From assembly GCA_050633245.1 (NCBI GenBank), contig JBOEGD010000024.1, forward strand, positions 160,001 through 224,000: a stretch of 64,000 nucleotides of DNA. Direction: 5' to 3'. This DNA comes from Calditrichia bacterium. GTDB lineage: Bacteria; Calditrichota; Calditrichia; RBG-13-44-9; J075. The position numbers and the translations under genes are program-made. Below the pieces are notes generated by a model. It made no database searches and was not told where the DNA came from. It worked only from the letters and a program-made list of their open reading frames with translations. How positions within the stretch are numbered: position 1 is the stretch's first letter; every line of letters starts with the position of its first letter. This document shows positions 37,395 through 46,977 of this stretch, piece after piece.

Positions 37395-38036
37395 ATTAAG
37401 AATCTACTTTTTGACCTCGATGGAACGCTTACCGATTCCCGGCCAGGAATTGTTGCATGTTTTCAGCATGCTTTTTCGGTTCTCGGATACCCAGTGCCGT
37501 CGGAGACTGCCATTAAAGAGAGTATCGGTGCGCCACTTCAACGCGCATTTCAAGACCTGCTGCCCGACGATGCTAATGATAACACTATCGATAGCGCCGT
37601 TGCGTTGTATCGAGAGCGATTTGGAAACGTCGGATTATTTGAAAATCGCGTCTACGACGGTATTCCGGCAGCTCTGGAAACAATAGCTTCTTCTGGAGCG
37701 CAGCGCTTTGTTGCTACGTCCAAGCCACGTGTTTTTGCGGAGCGTATTCTTGATCATTTCAATCTTTCAGCGTATTTTCAATGTATCTACGGCAGCGAGC
37801 TTGACGGACGGTTCAGCGATAAGAGCGAGTTGATTGCTCATGTGTTATCGGACTCGCACTTATTGCCAACCGAGACAGTTATGATCGGCGATAGGAATCA
37901 TGATGTTCTCGGCGCGCTGAAAAACAACGTTTATCCAGTGGGTGTGCTGTGGGGCTATGGTTCTCGGGAGGAATTAAAAACCGCCGGAGCTAAAAAGCTG
38001 TTCAGGAAGTCTAAGGAGCTTGCCGGGCTTGTTTGA
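37395..38036 (+). CDS. HAD-family phosphatase (phosphoglycolate phosphatase/5'-nucleotidase-like), non-canonical or mutated start
   Basis: In-frame IKNLLFDLDGTLTDS begins at ATT 37395, upstream of the ORF-track start 37494; ATSKP, DKSELI, MIGDRNHDV, VLWGYG. Confidence 0.85.
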   Translation: MKNLLFDLDGTLTDSRPGIVACFQHAFSVLGYPVPSETAIKESIGAPLQRAFQDLLPDDANDNTIDSAVALYRERFGNVGLFENRVYDGIPAALETIASSGAQRFVATSKPRVFAERILDHFNLSAYFQCIYGSELDGRFSDKSELIAHVLSDSHLLPTETVMIGDRNHDVLGALKNNVYPVGVLWGYGSREELKTAGAKKLFRKSKELAGLV

Positions 38037-38190
38037 TCATCTAATTGATGCTGATTGAGGGCCTCACAATCAGCAATATCCGGCCAACTTCTTTACTGTA
38101 TTTGTGAATTCCAGTTATTGAAATGTTGGCTTTCTCTACGGAAATATGAACCACTAACATACGCTTATTGATTTTGGATGAGGGAAAATC

Positions 38191-38967
38191 ATGTTCAGGC
38201 TTTTTGTACTTCCAATTATTTTACAGGTTCTTTGCATCGTCCACGTCGTTAGAAATGGTCGTGGAAATTTTTGGATTCTTATCATTATTTTCCTGCCATT
38301 GGCTGGTAGCATTGCCTATATCATTATTGAAATCGCCATACCTTACTTTTCAAATCCCAGGGTGAAACAATATTCAAAGTCAATTCTCAAATCGAAAAAC
38401 CCGGAAAAAGAGCTGAAAAGGCTGCTTGAAGAGTATCAGCATTCGAATACACTGGACAACAAGATTGCTTTAGCTGAAGGATATGTTGCTTGCGGTGATT
38501 ATGAAAAAGCTATCAGCCTCTATGATGAAAGCCTCAGTGGCATTTATAAAGATGACCCAGACATTAAGTATAAGTTGGCGGCGGCTTATTATGAGAGCAA
38601 AGATTATGATGCGGCTAAAGTCATTCTGGAGAAGTTAGTTAATTCTGAAAACAAAAATAGCGTTGTATGGCTGTCCTATATTCATACGCTGGAGAAATTA
38701 GGTGAGCAGGAACGGGCGCTGGAAGAGTTTAAAAAGTATATTAAATCCTTTTCAAACTTAGAAGCTTTATGTCGATATGGATATTTTCTGCAAAGAGCAG
38801 AAAAACATGAACTGGCAAAAGAGCAGTTTTCTCGTGTTTTGAATGAGGTGAAGCATTTACCAAAATTTAATCTTCGAGAACAAAAAGCCTGGCTCAAGGT
38901 TGCGCAAAAAGAATTGGCAGCCTATAAAAAGCAGGGAAATGGGATGCAAGAGCCTGGAGGCAGTTGA
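38191..38967 (+). CDS. Membrane-anchored TPR-like protein
   Basis: Two N-terminal TMs (LQVLCIVHVVRNGR..WILIIIFLPLAGSIAY) followed by helical repeats. Confidence 0.75.
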   Translation: MFRLFVLPIILQVLCIVHVVRNGRGNFWILIIIFLPLAGSIAYIIIEIAIPYFSNPRVKQYSKSILKSKNPEKELKRLLEEYQHSNTLDNKIALAEGYVACGDYEKAISLYDESLSGIYKDDPDIKYKLAAAYYESKDYDAAKVILEKLVNSENKNSVVWLSYIHTLEKLGEQERALEEFKKYIKSFSNLEALCRYGYFLQRAEKHELAKEQFSRVLNEVKHLPKFNLREQKAWLKVAQKELAAYKKQGNGMQEPGGS

Positions 38968-39074
38968 AATAAAAGAAAAGGTGCTATTCAGCTTACCATC
39001 TGCTTTATTATGATTGGTTGGTTTCATCACTTCCAAGTGATAGTTTCGGGTTCACCTAAAATCAGGATTATACT

Positions 39075-39554
39075 TTGACCAATAATGATATTTTGCGCCG
39101 TATCCGATATACATTTGATTTAAAAGACAGTGCCATGTCAGAGATTTTCTCATCGGCAGAGTTCAATGTAACCGAGGAGCAGGTTGCTACCTGGTTAAAA
39201 AAGGAAGAAGACGATAATTTCCTTGAGCTCGCCGACAGAGAGTTAGCGGCGTTTCTGAATGGTTTTATTAACTTAAAGCGTGGGAAACGCGATGGCCCAC
39301 AGCCTAAGCCGGAAGAACGGTTAAATAACAATATAGTATTTCGGAAACTGCGAATCGCTTTAAATCTTAAGGCCGAAGATATTATTGAAATTCTGCAACT
39401 GGTAGACTTCCGCCTAAGTAAGCCAGAATTGAGTGCATTCTTCCGTAAGCCGGACAATAAAAATTATCGCAAATGTAAGGATCAAATACTGCGAAATTTT
39501 TTAATGGGTGTTCAAAGTAAATTTCGATCGAGCGGTAAAAAATCAGAATCATAA
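39075..39554 (+). CDS. DUF1456 (YehS-like) family protein
   Basis: MTNNDILRRIRY...FLNGFI..KRG...LNNNIVFRKLRIAL...ELSAFFRKPDNKNYRKCKDQILRNFL. Confidence 0.9.
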   Translation: MTNNDILRRIRYTFDLKDSAMSEIFSSAEFNVTEEQVATWLKKEEDDNFLELADRELAAFLNGFINLKRGKRDGPQPKPEERLNNNIVFRKLRIALNLKAEDIIEILQLVDFRLSKPELSAFFRKPDNKNYRKCKDQILRNFLMGVQSKFRSSGKKSES

Positions 39555-39575
39555 TCGCTGCGTCAACTGCCGACG

Positions 39576-39836
39576 ATGGAGATAAAAAAACGGAACGCAT
39601 TTTTGATGAATCTACTAAGAAAGTTACCATGGCTTGTGCCAATCATTGGTAGCCTAACTCTTGGGTTGGCGCCTTTTATTCCCCAACCACATCTTTTTGA
39701 AAAAGTTCAGATGCTCTTCAATGGAGAACTAGCTCGCGGCATAGATATCTTTGACCTTTTCTTTCACGGCTTTTTCCCATTACTGTTGGCAGTGAAAGCT
39801 GCCTTGTCTTTTGTCGATCGCAAACCTAACCAATAA
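39576..39836 (+). CDS. Small two-TM membrane protein
   Basis: TLGLAPFIPQPHLFEK...DIFDLFFHG. Confidence 0.7.
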   Translation: MEIKKRNAFLMNLLRKLPWLVPIIGSLTLGLAPFIPQPHLFEKVQMLFNGELARGIDIFDLFFHGFFPLLLAVKAALSFVDRKPNQ

Positions 39837-39881
39837 TGGGTTGCCGTAAACTCACTTGCACACGTAATGGAGTATCACCAT

Positions 39882-40214
39882 ATGAAATTAATCGTTTTGA
39901 ATCTTGCACGTAAAACAACTGAAAAAGAATTAAGAAACCTTTTTAGAGAGTTTGGATATGTAAAATCCTGCGATTTGGTGTTAGATAAAGCTACCGGCGC
40001 CTCTAAAGGTTTTGGTTTCGTTGAGATTTCGAAACGTAAGGATGCCGAGCTTGCCATAGAAACCTTAAACAACAGAATGCTCGGCGGTAGTAAAATTCGT
40101 GTAAAAGAAGCAAAAAAAGAGAAGAAAGCGAAGAAGCAGAAGAAGGAGAGGAAGGAGAGGAAGGAAAAGAATGAGCAGAATGAGCAGAATGAGCAGAATG
40201 AGCAGAAGAGCTAA
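39882..40214 (+). CDS. RRM (RNP-1) RNA-binding protein with repetitive charged tail
   Basis: LIVLNL (RNP-2), SKGFGFVEI (RNP-1); tail encoded by 9-bp tandem repeats. Confidence 0.9.
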   Translation: MKLIVLNLARKTTEKELRNLFREFGYVKSCDLVLDKATGASKGFGFVEISKRKDAELAIETLNNRMLGGSKIRVKEAKKEKKAKKQKKERKERKEKNEQNEQNEQNEQKS

Positions 40215-40321
40215 TCTGCTAACTCATTGGACATATAGAACACCGTGCAATTGACGGTTTTAATATCGGCTCTGTTCGAGATGATTGGGCGGTGATTTCA
40301 ACATTAGGTGCGAGGAAAAAA

Positions 40322-40633
40322 ATGAGCACTGAATTTACAAAATTGAATAACTCTATAATTACACCCATTATGAAAGCAAAAGGCTTTCGCAAGATTGGCA
40401 AGTATCATTATGGAGCAACTTTTGACAAGGCATTTTACAAATCTCCAGAAAAAGAATGCCAGATCATATATTCAGTACATCCCTCTGACTATCCAATTCT
40501 TGGTATTCGGTTTGAGGAAATATCAAATGGCAAAGTAGTCTTCAAAAAACAATATTTGCTTGAAGGTCGTGATTTGGGTGGTCTGGTTAAAACCTTGGCT
40601 GGCGATTTAGAAGCGGGGAACATAACTATCTGA
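40322..40633 (+). CDS. Hypothetical protein (cassette-like)
   Basis: SD GAGG plus ATG 40322, preceded by attC-end-like CGGTGATTTCAACATTAGG. Confidence 0.55.
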   Translation: MSTEFTKLNNSIITPIMKAKGFRKIGKYHYGATFDKAFYKSPEKECQIIYSVHPSDYPILGIRFEEISNGKVVFKKQYLLEGRDLGGLVKTLAGDLEAGNITI

Positions 40634-40915
40634 TCGTGAATCGTTGTGCTGATCGGGTAATTTTATACTGGACAAACGTGCCTTACAATAAATCGGATCT
40701 TGCAGCCTTTCTTCAAATAACTTTCAATCCTCCCGCCCTGTTGATCTATAACGTTAACTTTTCTCCATAATTCTCGTAAAATACTTTGGCAAGCATAGCC
40801 TGCAGCAATAAACCCTGGATTCTAAAATTATTGAAGCAACTGTTGCTAATCGCTTGAATGGGCTTGCTGTTTATTTTCATACTTCCAAATGTTCCATTGA
40901 TAACCAGAGCAAAGA

Positions 40916-42394
40916 ATGAGTTGCCATAAATTGACGATAGGCAGATTATTTTCAATAGGGTATTCGCTCCACCGAGCCTTAGCCGGACTGGTAATGGCTA
41001 TCCTATCGCTTTCTGTATCTGCGGTGTATGGTCAGGAACCTTTACCCTCAGTTGACTATTCAACCTACTATGGGGGCACTGGAACCGATGACGCCGATGT
41101 GGTTGCGATTGACCCGTTCGGGAACATTTATCTCGGTTGCCACTCGACTTCTCCGAGTTTGCCTGGGGTAAATGAAAATCATTTTACACTCAAAGGCGGG
41201 ATGGATGCATTTGTTGTAAAGTTGAATGAAAAAGGCTCAGAGGTTGGCTACGTGACGCATCTGGGTGGAGCAAACTGGGATGCCGTTCAGGGGTTGGTGT
41301 CGGATTCAGCCGGTAGCATCTATGCGATAGGAACAACATATTCAGAAGACTTTCCGATAGACCCTAATGGATTTCAATCTACCTTTGCAGGCGAGAGTGA
41401 TGCCTTCGTTCTCAAACTGAATACAAATGGGGAAGTTGTTTGGTCAACTTTTCTGGGCGGTAGCGGTGATGAAGACGGGAGGGGGATTATCGTTGACCGA
41501 CATGGGGTTATCCATATTATCGGCCGCACCAAGTCGAACGATTTTCCTACCGTAGCTGGTGCATTGCAGCCACAGTCAGCCGGCGGAGTAGATGCATTTA
41601 TAGCTACACTTGATCCTGACGGGAAAGTGATTGCCTCAACCTACCTGGGGGGAGCAGAGGATGATATTGGTTTTGCGATTGCACTGGACAGCGTGGGGCG
41701 CCGTTATATTACAGGTACGACCAACTCAGCAGATTTTCCAGTGCGCAACGGGGTTCAGATGACGCACAATGGCGAGAACGATCTCTTTGTTGTCGTAGTC
41801 GATTCAATGGGGTCAAATCTTGAGTTTGCCAGCTACCTGGGCGGTAGTGGAGCGGATCAGGCCTACAGTCTCGCTCTTGGTCCGGCAGGAGATATTTATG
41901 TCATGGGCGTAACAAACTCTCCGGACCTTCCGGCAACCAAGGGAGCGTTTCAGCAGGAACCGGCTGGAGAGCGCGATGCTTTCGTTGCTCGGCTGAATCT
42001 GCAGACGCGGAGTCTTGTCTATGCGACCTATGTTGGTGGAGAGAACGACGACAACCCAAGAAATCTTGTTGTTGATAGTGCAGGAAGAGCATGGATTGTC
42101 GGGAACACTAGTTCGCACAATTTCCCGGTTTTAAGCAAGCAGAACACAGCCGTGCGAGGGCGTGCAGATGCATTCGTTACAATTCTTGATCCGACAGGAG
42201 AGCTCCTTGAATATTCAACGCTGCTGGGTGGAGACGGCTTTGAGATATTCGAAGGTGCTGCTCTCGGAGCTGATGGCTCGCTGACGGTGTCGGGATTGAC
42301 GGACTCTGCTAACTTTCCAAGGGTGAATCCACTACAACACAACTTTATGGGTGGCCGATTCGATATCGTCGTGGCGCGCTTTACAATGCCTTAG
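40916..42394 (+). CDS. Secreted SBBP (beta-propeller repeat) protein
   Basis: Repeats STYLGG.G.D....IA.D..G.IY..G.T.S.DFP and DAFV.KL; start may be ATG 40994. Confidence 0.88.
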   Translation: MSCHKLTIGRLFSIGYSLHRALAGLVMAILSLSVSAVYGQEPLPSVDYSTYYGGTGTDDADVVAIDPFGNIYLGCHSTSPSLPGVNENHFTLKGGMDAFVVKLNEKGSEVGYVTHLGGANWDAVQGLVSDSAGSIYAIGTTYSEDFPIDPNGFQSTFAGESDAFVLKLNTNGEVVWSTFLGGSGDEDGRGIIVDRHGVIHIIGRTKSNDFPTVAGALQPQSAGGVDAFIATLDPDGKVIASTYLGGAEDDIGFAIALDSVGRRYITGTTNSADFPVRNGVQMTHNGENDLFVVVVDSMGSNLEFASYLGGSGADQAYSLALGPAGDIYVMGVTNSPDLPATKGAFQQEPAGERDAFVARLNLQTRSLVYATYVGGENDDNPRNLVVDSAGRAWIVGNTSSHNFPVLSKQNTAVRGRADAFVTILDPTGELLEYSTLLGGDGFEIFEGAALGADGSLTVSGLTDSANFPRVNPLQHNFMGGRFDIVVARFTMP

Positions 42395-42532
42395 CTGAAG
42401 TAAGAGTCAGCAAAAGCATTGAAATAGATTTTGATAAGTTTAAAAATGAAGGTACTAGACCTAATCAACACGAATGGGAAGTATGAGCTGAAGTCAAAAT
42501 AATCATACGTACGCTATAGCCGAGGAAAGCTG

Positions 42533-42928
42533 ATGATACCGACCATCCATTTTAAGACATCTATGTTCGATGTGACCAAAGAGAAGGAGAATCCCTTTAA
42601 TCCTATCTACGGTCTGTCTCTTTTGGAGTGGCTAAAAGAGGAACTGAAGGGTAAGCTGGAGCTTACGGAGCCCGATGCGGAGGATTGGGGTTGGTATAGC
42701 GAACTGGAGTTTGAAGGCAATTCCTATATGATCGGCTCCTGCGCACTGATAGAAGAGAAAGAAGATCCAACCTCTGAGTTGGAATGGGTACTTCAGGTTC
42801 ACAAGCATCGCAGTATCAAAGAAAAGTTGTTGGGTAGAAATAAGATGTCTGATTCCGATAGCTGCTTTGTCTTTTTCAAGAAGTTGTTTATCATGCACCC
42901 GGATATTAACGATGTACAAGTTGGGTAA
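42533..42928 (+). CDS. Hypothetical protein
   Basis: NPIYG..LLEWL..EPDAEDWGWY motif; SD GAGG. Confidence 0.65.
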   Translation: MIPTIHFKTSMFDVTKEKENPFNPIYGLSLLEWLKEELKGKLELTEPDAEDWGWYSELEFEGNSYMIGSCALIEEKEDPTSELEWVLQVHKHRSIKEKLLGRNKMSDSDSCFVFFKKLFIMHPDINDVQVG

Positions 42929-43074
42929 TCTCGAATTGATATTTTATTCGGACCGAAAAAAATGGTTTCATAGCACACCAGAAGCGTCAGTTAAACAAAG
43001 GAATCAAGGCGGGCATTTGTAATGGTTTGCATCTATCTGTTTAGCCAGGCGTTATACTTTGGGAGTATGATCTG

Positions 43075-43485
43075 ATGAAAGCTACATTCTTTTACGGACT
43101 TTTTATGGATGAAGCGCTTTTGCGAGACAAGGGATGTCATCCTACCAAACCAATTCGTGGCTATGCTGGAGGTTATGGTTTAAGAATTGGTGAAAGGGCA
43201 ACACTTGTTAAATCTGCTGATGAGCGCGCATATGGTACCATTATGTCACTAAGTGAGCTGGATCTGGAATGTCTTTACGGCGAACCGAGTGTTGAGGACT
43301 ATCTTCCTGAAACGATAGTTGCTACAACGTTTGAAAATGAAGCAATAGAGGTTCTTGTCTACAATTTACCGGTGGAGAAACTTACCGGGCAAAATAAAAA
43401 GTATGCGATGTCTTTGGCTACTGTCGCAAGTGACTGTGGATTACCGAAAGAATACATTCAAATAATTGAGGCGTTTGCCAGGTAG
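43075..43485 (+). CDS. Gamma-glutamylcyclotransferase/AIG2-like protein
   Basis: FFYGLFMD, LRIGERATL, GLPKEYI; flanked by GTTATAC (43051) and GCATAAC (43489). Confidence 0.8.
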   Translation: MKATFFYGLFMDEALLRDKGCHPTKPIRGYAGGYGLRIGERATLVKSADERAYGTIMSLSELDLECLYGEPSVEDYLPETIVATTFENEAIEVLVYNLPVEKLTGQNKKYAMSLATVASDCGLPKEYIQIIEAFAR

Positions 43486-43553
43486 TGTGCATAACTCAAT
43501 ACTGAGCGAGATGTAAGGAAAACGTCAGCAAAATTAAAGAAAGCTAACAAGTA

Positions 43554-43667
43554 ATGATTGACCAGGATATAGACATCCGCACCAACGACGGTGTGATGAA
43601 TACGTCTATCACGCATTCCGAAGAGAATGGCCCGCATTACAACGTGTGCTTCTTAACCTGTTGTTGA
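43554..43667 (+). pseudogene. Truncated N-terminus of a dienelactone hydrolase-family gene
   Basis: MIDQDIDIRTNDGVMNTSITHSEENGPH, then sequence diverges and stops; resembles the DLH N-terminal strand motif. Confidence 0.5.
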
Positions 43668-43686
43668 GCTGAGATGAGAGGTAAGA

Positions 43687-44388
43687 ATGAGCAATTTAGA
43701 CACCTACCTACAGAAGCACTTTCTGAATGCTGAGCAGTTTGCGGTCAAATGCAATATATCTGTAGATAAACTTGAGGATTTAGTCCGGAGGCACCTGGTA
43801 CCTGCACCATCTTATGTCGTTTCAGACTCGTCCACGGTTAGTTCCTTTGTGTTTGGAGAAATGGCGGCGAAAGAATCCAAACCGGGTCAATATTTTCATC
43901 CGGCTAATGTTGTTTGGGTCGGTGTCGCACGTGGAATAATTGAAACGCATGGTGAAGAAAAAGCGAGTGAAATAATAAGGAATAGGTTTTATCAAAATTT
44001 CCAGGCAGCACTTTCGGATCTGAATCAAACAACAATGCGCTTGCCGGATAGTTTTACAGACGAAGGTGCCCCCATCGCGGCTGGAGTGGGAGCTCGAACG
44101 GACTTGGTCTGGAAGCATTTTCTTAAAGGAACATTTGGGTTGTGTGTTGCTAACCCAATTTCGGAGGCAGCCATTGCGCGGAAAGAAGTGTTGCAGGAAA
44201 AGCTGAGCCAGCAAAGCGATAATGGAATGCGGACAGAGTATTCTCCAGAAGAAGTGAGTGCTATTTTAGAATTAGTTAATGAATTTGCCGCGGTGGCAAT
44301 GCCGTTTTCACCAATAGAGTATCACTTGAGTAGCAGAAAAATCCTGGTCGATGATATGCGTGATCGACTCGGAGCAGTGGGATATTAA
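43687..44388 (+). CDS. Conserved hypothetical protein (DUF6058-like)
   Basis: LDTYLQKHF, VPAPSY, WKHFLKGTFGLC, IARKE, MPFSPIEYHLSSR. Confidence 0.65.
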   Translation: MSNLDTYLQKHFLNAEQFAVKCNISVDKLEDLVRRHLVPAPSYVVSDSSTVSSFVFGEMAAKESKPGQYFHPANVVWVGVARGIIETHGEEKASEIIRNRFYQNFQAALSDLNQTTMRLPDSFTDEGAPIAAGVGARTDLVWKHFLKGTFGLCVANPISEAAIARKEVLQEKLSQQSDNGMRTEYSPEEVSAILELVNEFAAVAMPFSPIEYHLSSRKILVDDMRDRLGAVGY

Positions 44389-44484
44389 AACCCACAAGAT
44401 GTCATCCAAACGGCAGTGGGATAGATTGCTGTCCTTTTACAAGCGTTGCTTGTAGCTCTCTTCTGTTAGCATTGGAATTTAATT

Positions 44485-45342
44485 ATGCAATACCCTGAAG
44501 TAACGTACAGATTAGTTAAAGCTCTGAAACAACGTTCAGATGTCCACGCCGTTGCCGTAGTCGGTAGCTATGCTTCGGGTACACAGCGTCCGGATTCAGA
44601 TATAGACATTTGTGCTTTTTATCGATCTGATCTTGATGTTGTCGCTCTCGCAGATTGTATTTGTGGTGAATTTGGTTTGACATCATCAGAGGTCCAACTA
44701 ACTACTCCTGGTGGTTGGGGAAATTGGGTAGATGGTGGTGGATGGTTGACACTTGAAGGGCAGCGTGTCGATATCGTTTATCGGTGCATCGACCGGCTTG
44801 AAAAAGAATTAGACCACATTTGGGCTGGTGAAATCGAATTAGATTATTTGCAAGCACCAGCTTTTGGCTATTTTAATTTTACCTGGGCGGCCGAGCTTCG
44901 GTCTACTGATCCAATCTTCGACCCTGATGGAAACATTGCAGCCCTGATTAAGCGCATGGACACATTTCCTGAAGTGCTGAAAATAAAGGGTTCATCTATA
45001 TTTCTGCACGCAGCACAATTTGCATCTGTTATCGGTAAGAAAGCGTTAGCCAATGAAAACTGGTTTACGGCCCGGCCGTGCTGTGATAGGGCAATATGGG
45101 CAATTTGCCTCGCACTCTATTCTGCAAATGGGGTTTGGATACCTGCGGAGAAAAGAGTTATGAAAGAAATTGTAAACCTGAAATATGTTCCTGATCGTCT
45201 AGTTGATCGTTTTATCACGATACAGAGTTCTAAGCTCACTGCACACTCATTTAAGACTGTCGATTCAGTTATTCAGGAGGCGACCGAGCTATCCCAAAAG
45301 GCGCTTCAGAGAAAATCTGCTGCTGATAGTGGAGGTGATTGA
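44485..45342 (+). CDS. Nucleotidyltransferase domain protein
   Basis: VGSYASGTQRPDSDIDI (GS/DxD), WGNWVDGGGWL, RVDIVYR; preceded by GTTAGCA (44465). Confidence 0.85.
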   Translation: MQYPEVTYRLVKALKQRSDVHAVAVVGSYASGTQRPDSDIDICAFYRSDLDVVALADCICGEFGLTSSEVQLTTPGGWGNWVDGGGWLTLEGQRVDIVYRCIDRLEKELDHIWAGEIELDYLQAPAFGYFNFTWAAELRSTDPIFDPDGNIAALIKRMDTFPEVLKIKGSSIFLHAAQFASVIGKKALANENWFTARPCCDRAIWAICLALYSANGVWIPAEKRVMKEIVNLKYVPDRLVDRFITIQSSKLTAHSFKTVDSVIQEATELSQKALQRKSAADSGGD

Positions 45343-45666
45343 ATGTCTAAAAGGGGTTGTTTTTCGGCTTTTGAAATTCCTGAGGCGTCAAAGCCCGTAG
45401 GGGCGGAATGTCTTCCCCTTAACTGAAGCAGAACAATTCCAAAAATTATCCAGAATCTTGTGAAAATACTGCGAATACTAGTACGTAATAAAGTTGTTTG
45501 CTTCTTCTATTGGCAATGAGCATAAATTTTTAATGCCCGGATTAAAGATCTTGAAAATATGAGGCATCCCGGTCTTGCAAGAGTGTCTGTAAGACATCTG
45601 GCCCACTATCCGTAAACAAGGTATTTGTGGAGTAAATAAATTTGTAGATATGTTGCGACCCTCTTA

Positions 45667-45993
45667 ATGGTGTATTTGCTTTTGGGATGTAATTTAGAAT
45701 TCCCTGTGGCTGATCAGAAGTTTGGAACCCAGAACTTTGTTTCCGCTGTCTCAATTATTGAACTACATAAATTGAGAAATGGCACCTATCCTAAGAGTCT
45801 AATCGATTTAGAGTTTTTGGGCGATTGGGATGGTATCTGGCTTTCTGCTGTCCGTTATGAAATTAATGATGATGGCTATAACTTATATCTGGAGCGTGGC
45901 TGGGCCGGTACAGCGAATTTAGAGTTTCCAGTTAAATTCAAGCAGGGGCTTGGTATCAAGGAAAGCAATGTTAAGTGGTCTGACTCTGAATAA
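45667..45993 (+). CDS. Hypothetical lipoprotein-like protein (possibly 5'-eroded)
   Basis: LLLGC lipobox with a short n-region; IELHKLRNGTYPKSLIDL motif. Confidence 0.55.
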   Translation: MVYLLLGCNLEFPVADQKFGTQNFVSAVSIIELHKLRNGTYPKSLIDLEFLGDWDGIWLSAVRYEINDDGYNLYLERGWAGTANLEFPVKFKQGLGIKESNVKWSDSE

Positions 45994-46050
45994 ATAGTAT
46001 AAAGGAATATTGTATTGTGCTACGTACTGGAAATAATGATGGGGAATTGA

Positions 46051-46461
46051 ATGGATAAGAACAATAAAGACAAAATTAAGTATGCTATGCATGGGCTTAT
46101 TGAACAAGGCAATCTGGAAACCATAGATGAAGTATTTGCAGCTGATTACGTTGCCCATGCCGCCGGCAAGGAATTCAGTGGCCATTCTTTCTTAAAACGA
46201 TTCACAAAACAACTTCGCAAGGCGATACCGGATATACGAGCCGTTGAAATAAAGTTTTTTGCTGTAGAAGGTGATACGATTGCCTGGCAACGTACTATGG
46301 AAGGAACGCATAAAGTAAAAATGCAGGGTATACCGGCTTCCGGAAAGAAATTTAAATGGGTGGAAATGGTTGTCACTCGCTTTAAAAATGAAAAAATAGC
46401 TGAAGAGTGGGTCGTATCAGAGCTTATGGGAGAAATGTTATTAAGAGTGCCTCGTAAGTAA
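46051..46461 (+). CDS. SnoaL-like ester/polyketide cyclase family protein
   Basis: IDEVFAADYVAH, AIPDI, EGDTIA, GTH..MQGIPASGK, KIAEEW. Confidence 0.88.
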   Translation: MDKNNKDKIKYAMHGLIEQGNLETIDEVFAADYVAHAAGKEFSGHSFLKRFTKQLRKAIPDIRAVEIKFFAVEGDTIAWQRTMEGTHKVKMQGIPASGKKFKWVEMVVTRFKNEKIAEEWVVSELMGEMLLRVPRK

Positions 46462-46559
46462 TTGTATCTATGGATAGGTTAAAGCAGAGGAACGGGTTCA
46501 TTATAGCCGCTTCTAATGAAATTGATACACTATTTTGACTGCTAAAAAAGGAGAAAAAA

Positions 46560-46925
46560 ATGACGAGCACAGCCCATCACGACGAACGAATTGCAAAAAT
46601 GACCTTTGCCTCGGTTTATCCGCACTATGTAACCAAGGTTGAAAAGAAAGAGCGAACAATAGAGGAACTGCATCAGGTAATTGAGTGGCTGACTGGGTTC
46701 GATGAATCCCGTTTGCAAAAACTCATTGAAGAGAAAGCAACCTTTGAAGAGTTCTTTCAACAGGCTACGATACACCCCAATGCACATCTTATTACCGGCG
46801 TGATTTGTGGCTATCGTGTAGAGGAGATTGAAAATACGCTTACGCAGCAGGTTCGATATTTAGACAAGGTGGTGGATGAGTTAGCCAAAGGACGGAAGAT
46901 GGAGAAAATATTGCGAGCCGTGTAG
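46560..46925 (+). CDS. DUF2200 family protein
   Basis: MTFASVYPHYVTKVEKKERT..VIEWLTG..ITGVICGYRVEEIE..RYLDKVVDELAKG. Confidence 0.9.
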   Translation: MTSTAHHDERIAKMTFASVYPHYVTKVEKKERTIEELHQVIEWLTGFDESRLQKLIEEKATFEEFFQQATIHPNAHLITGVICGYRVEEIENTLTQQVRYLDKVVDELAKGRKMEKILRAV

Positions 46926-46977
46926 AGCAAACGGTATGTTTCTTGACCGTAACCTTTAACGAGAAGGACAAACACAT

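Noticed and set aside
40650-40915. Possible minus-strand histidine-kinase remnant (IDQQGGRIESYLKKGCKIRF)
   Set aside because: Similarity is too short and lacks the G-box; cannot be supported.
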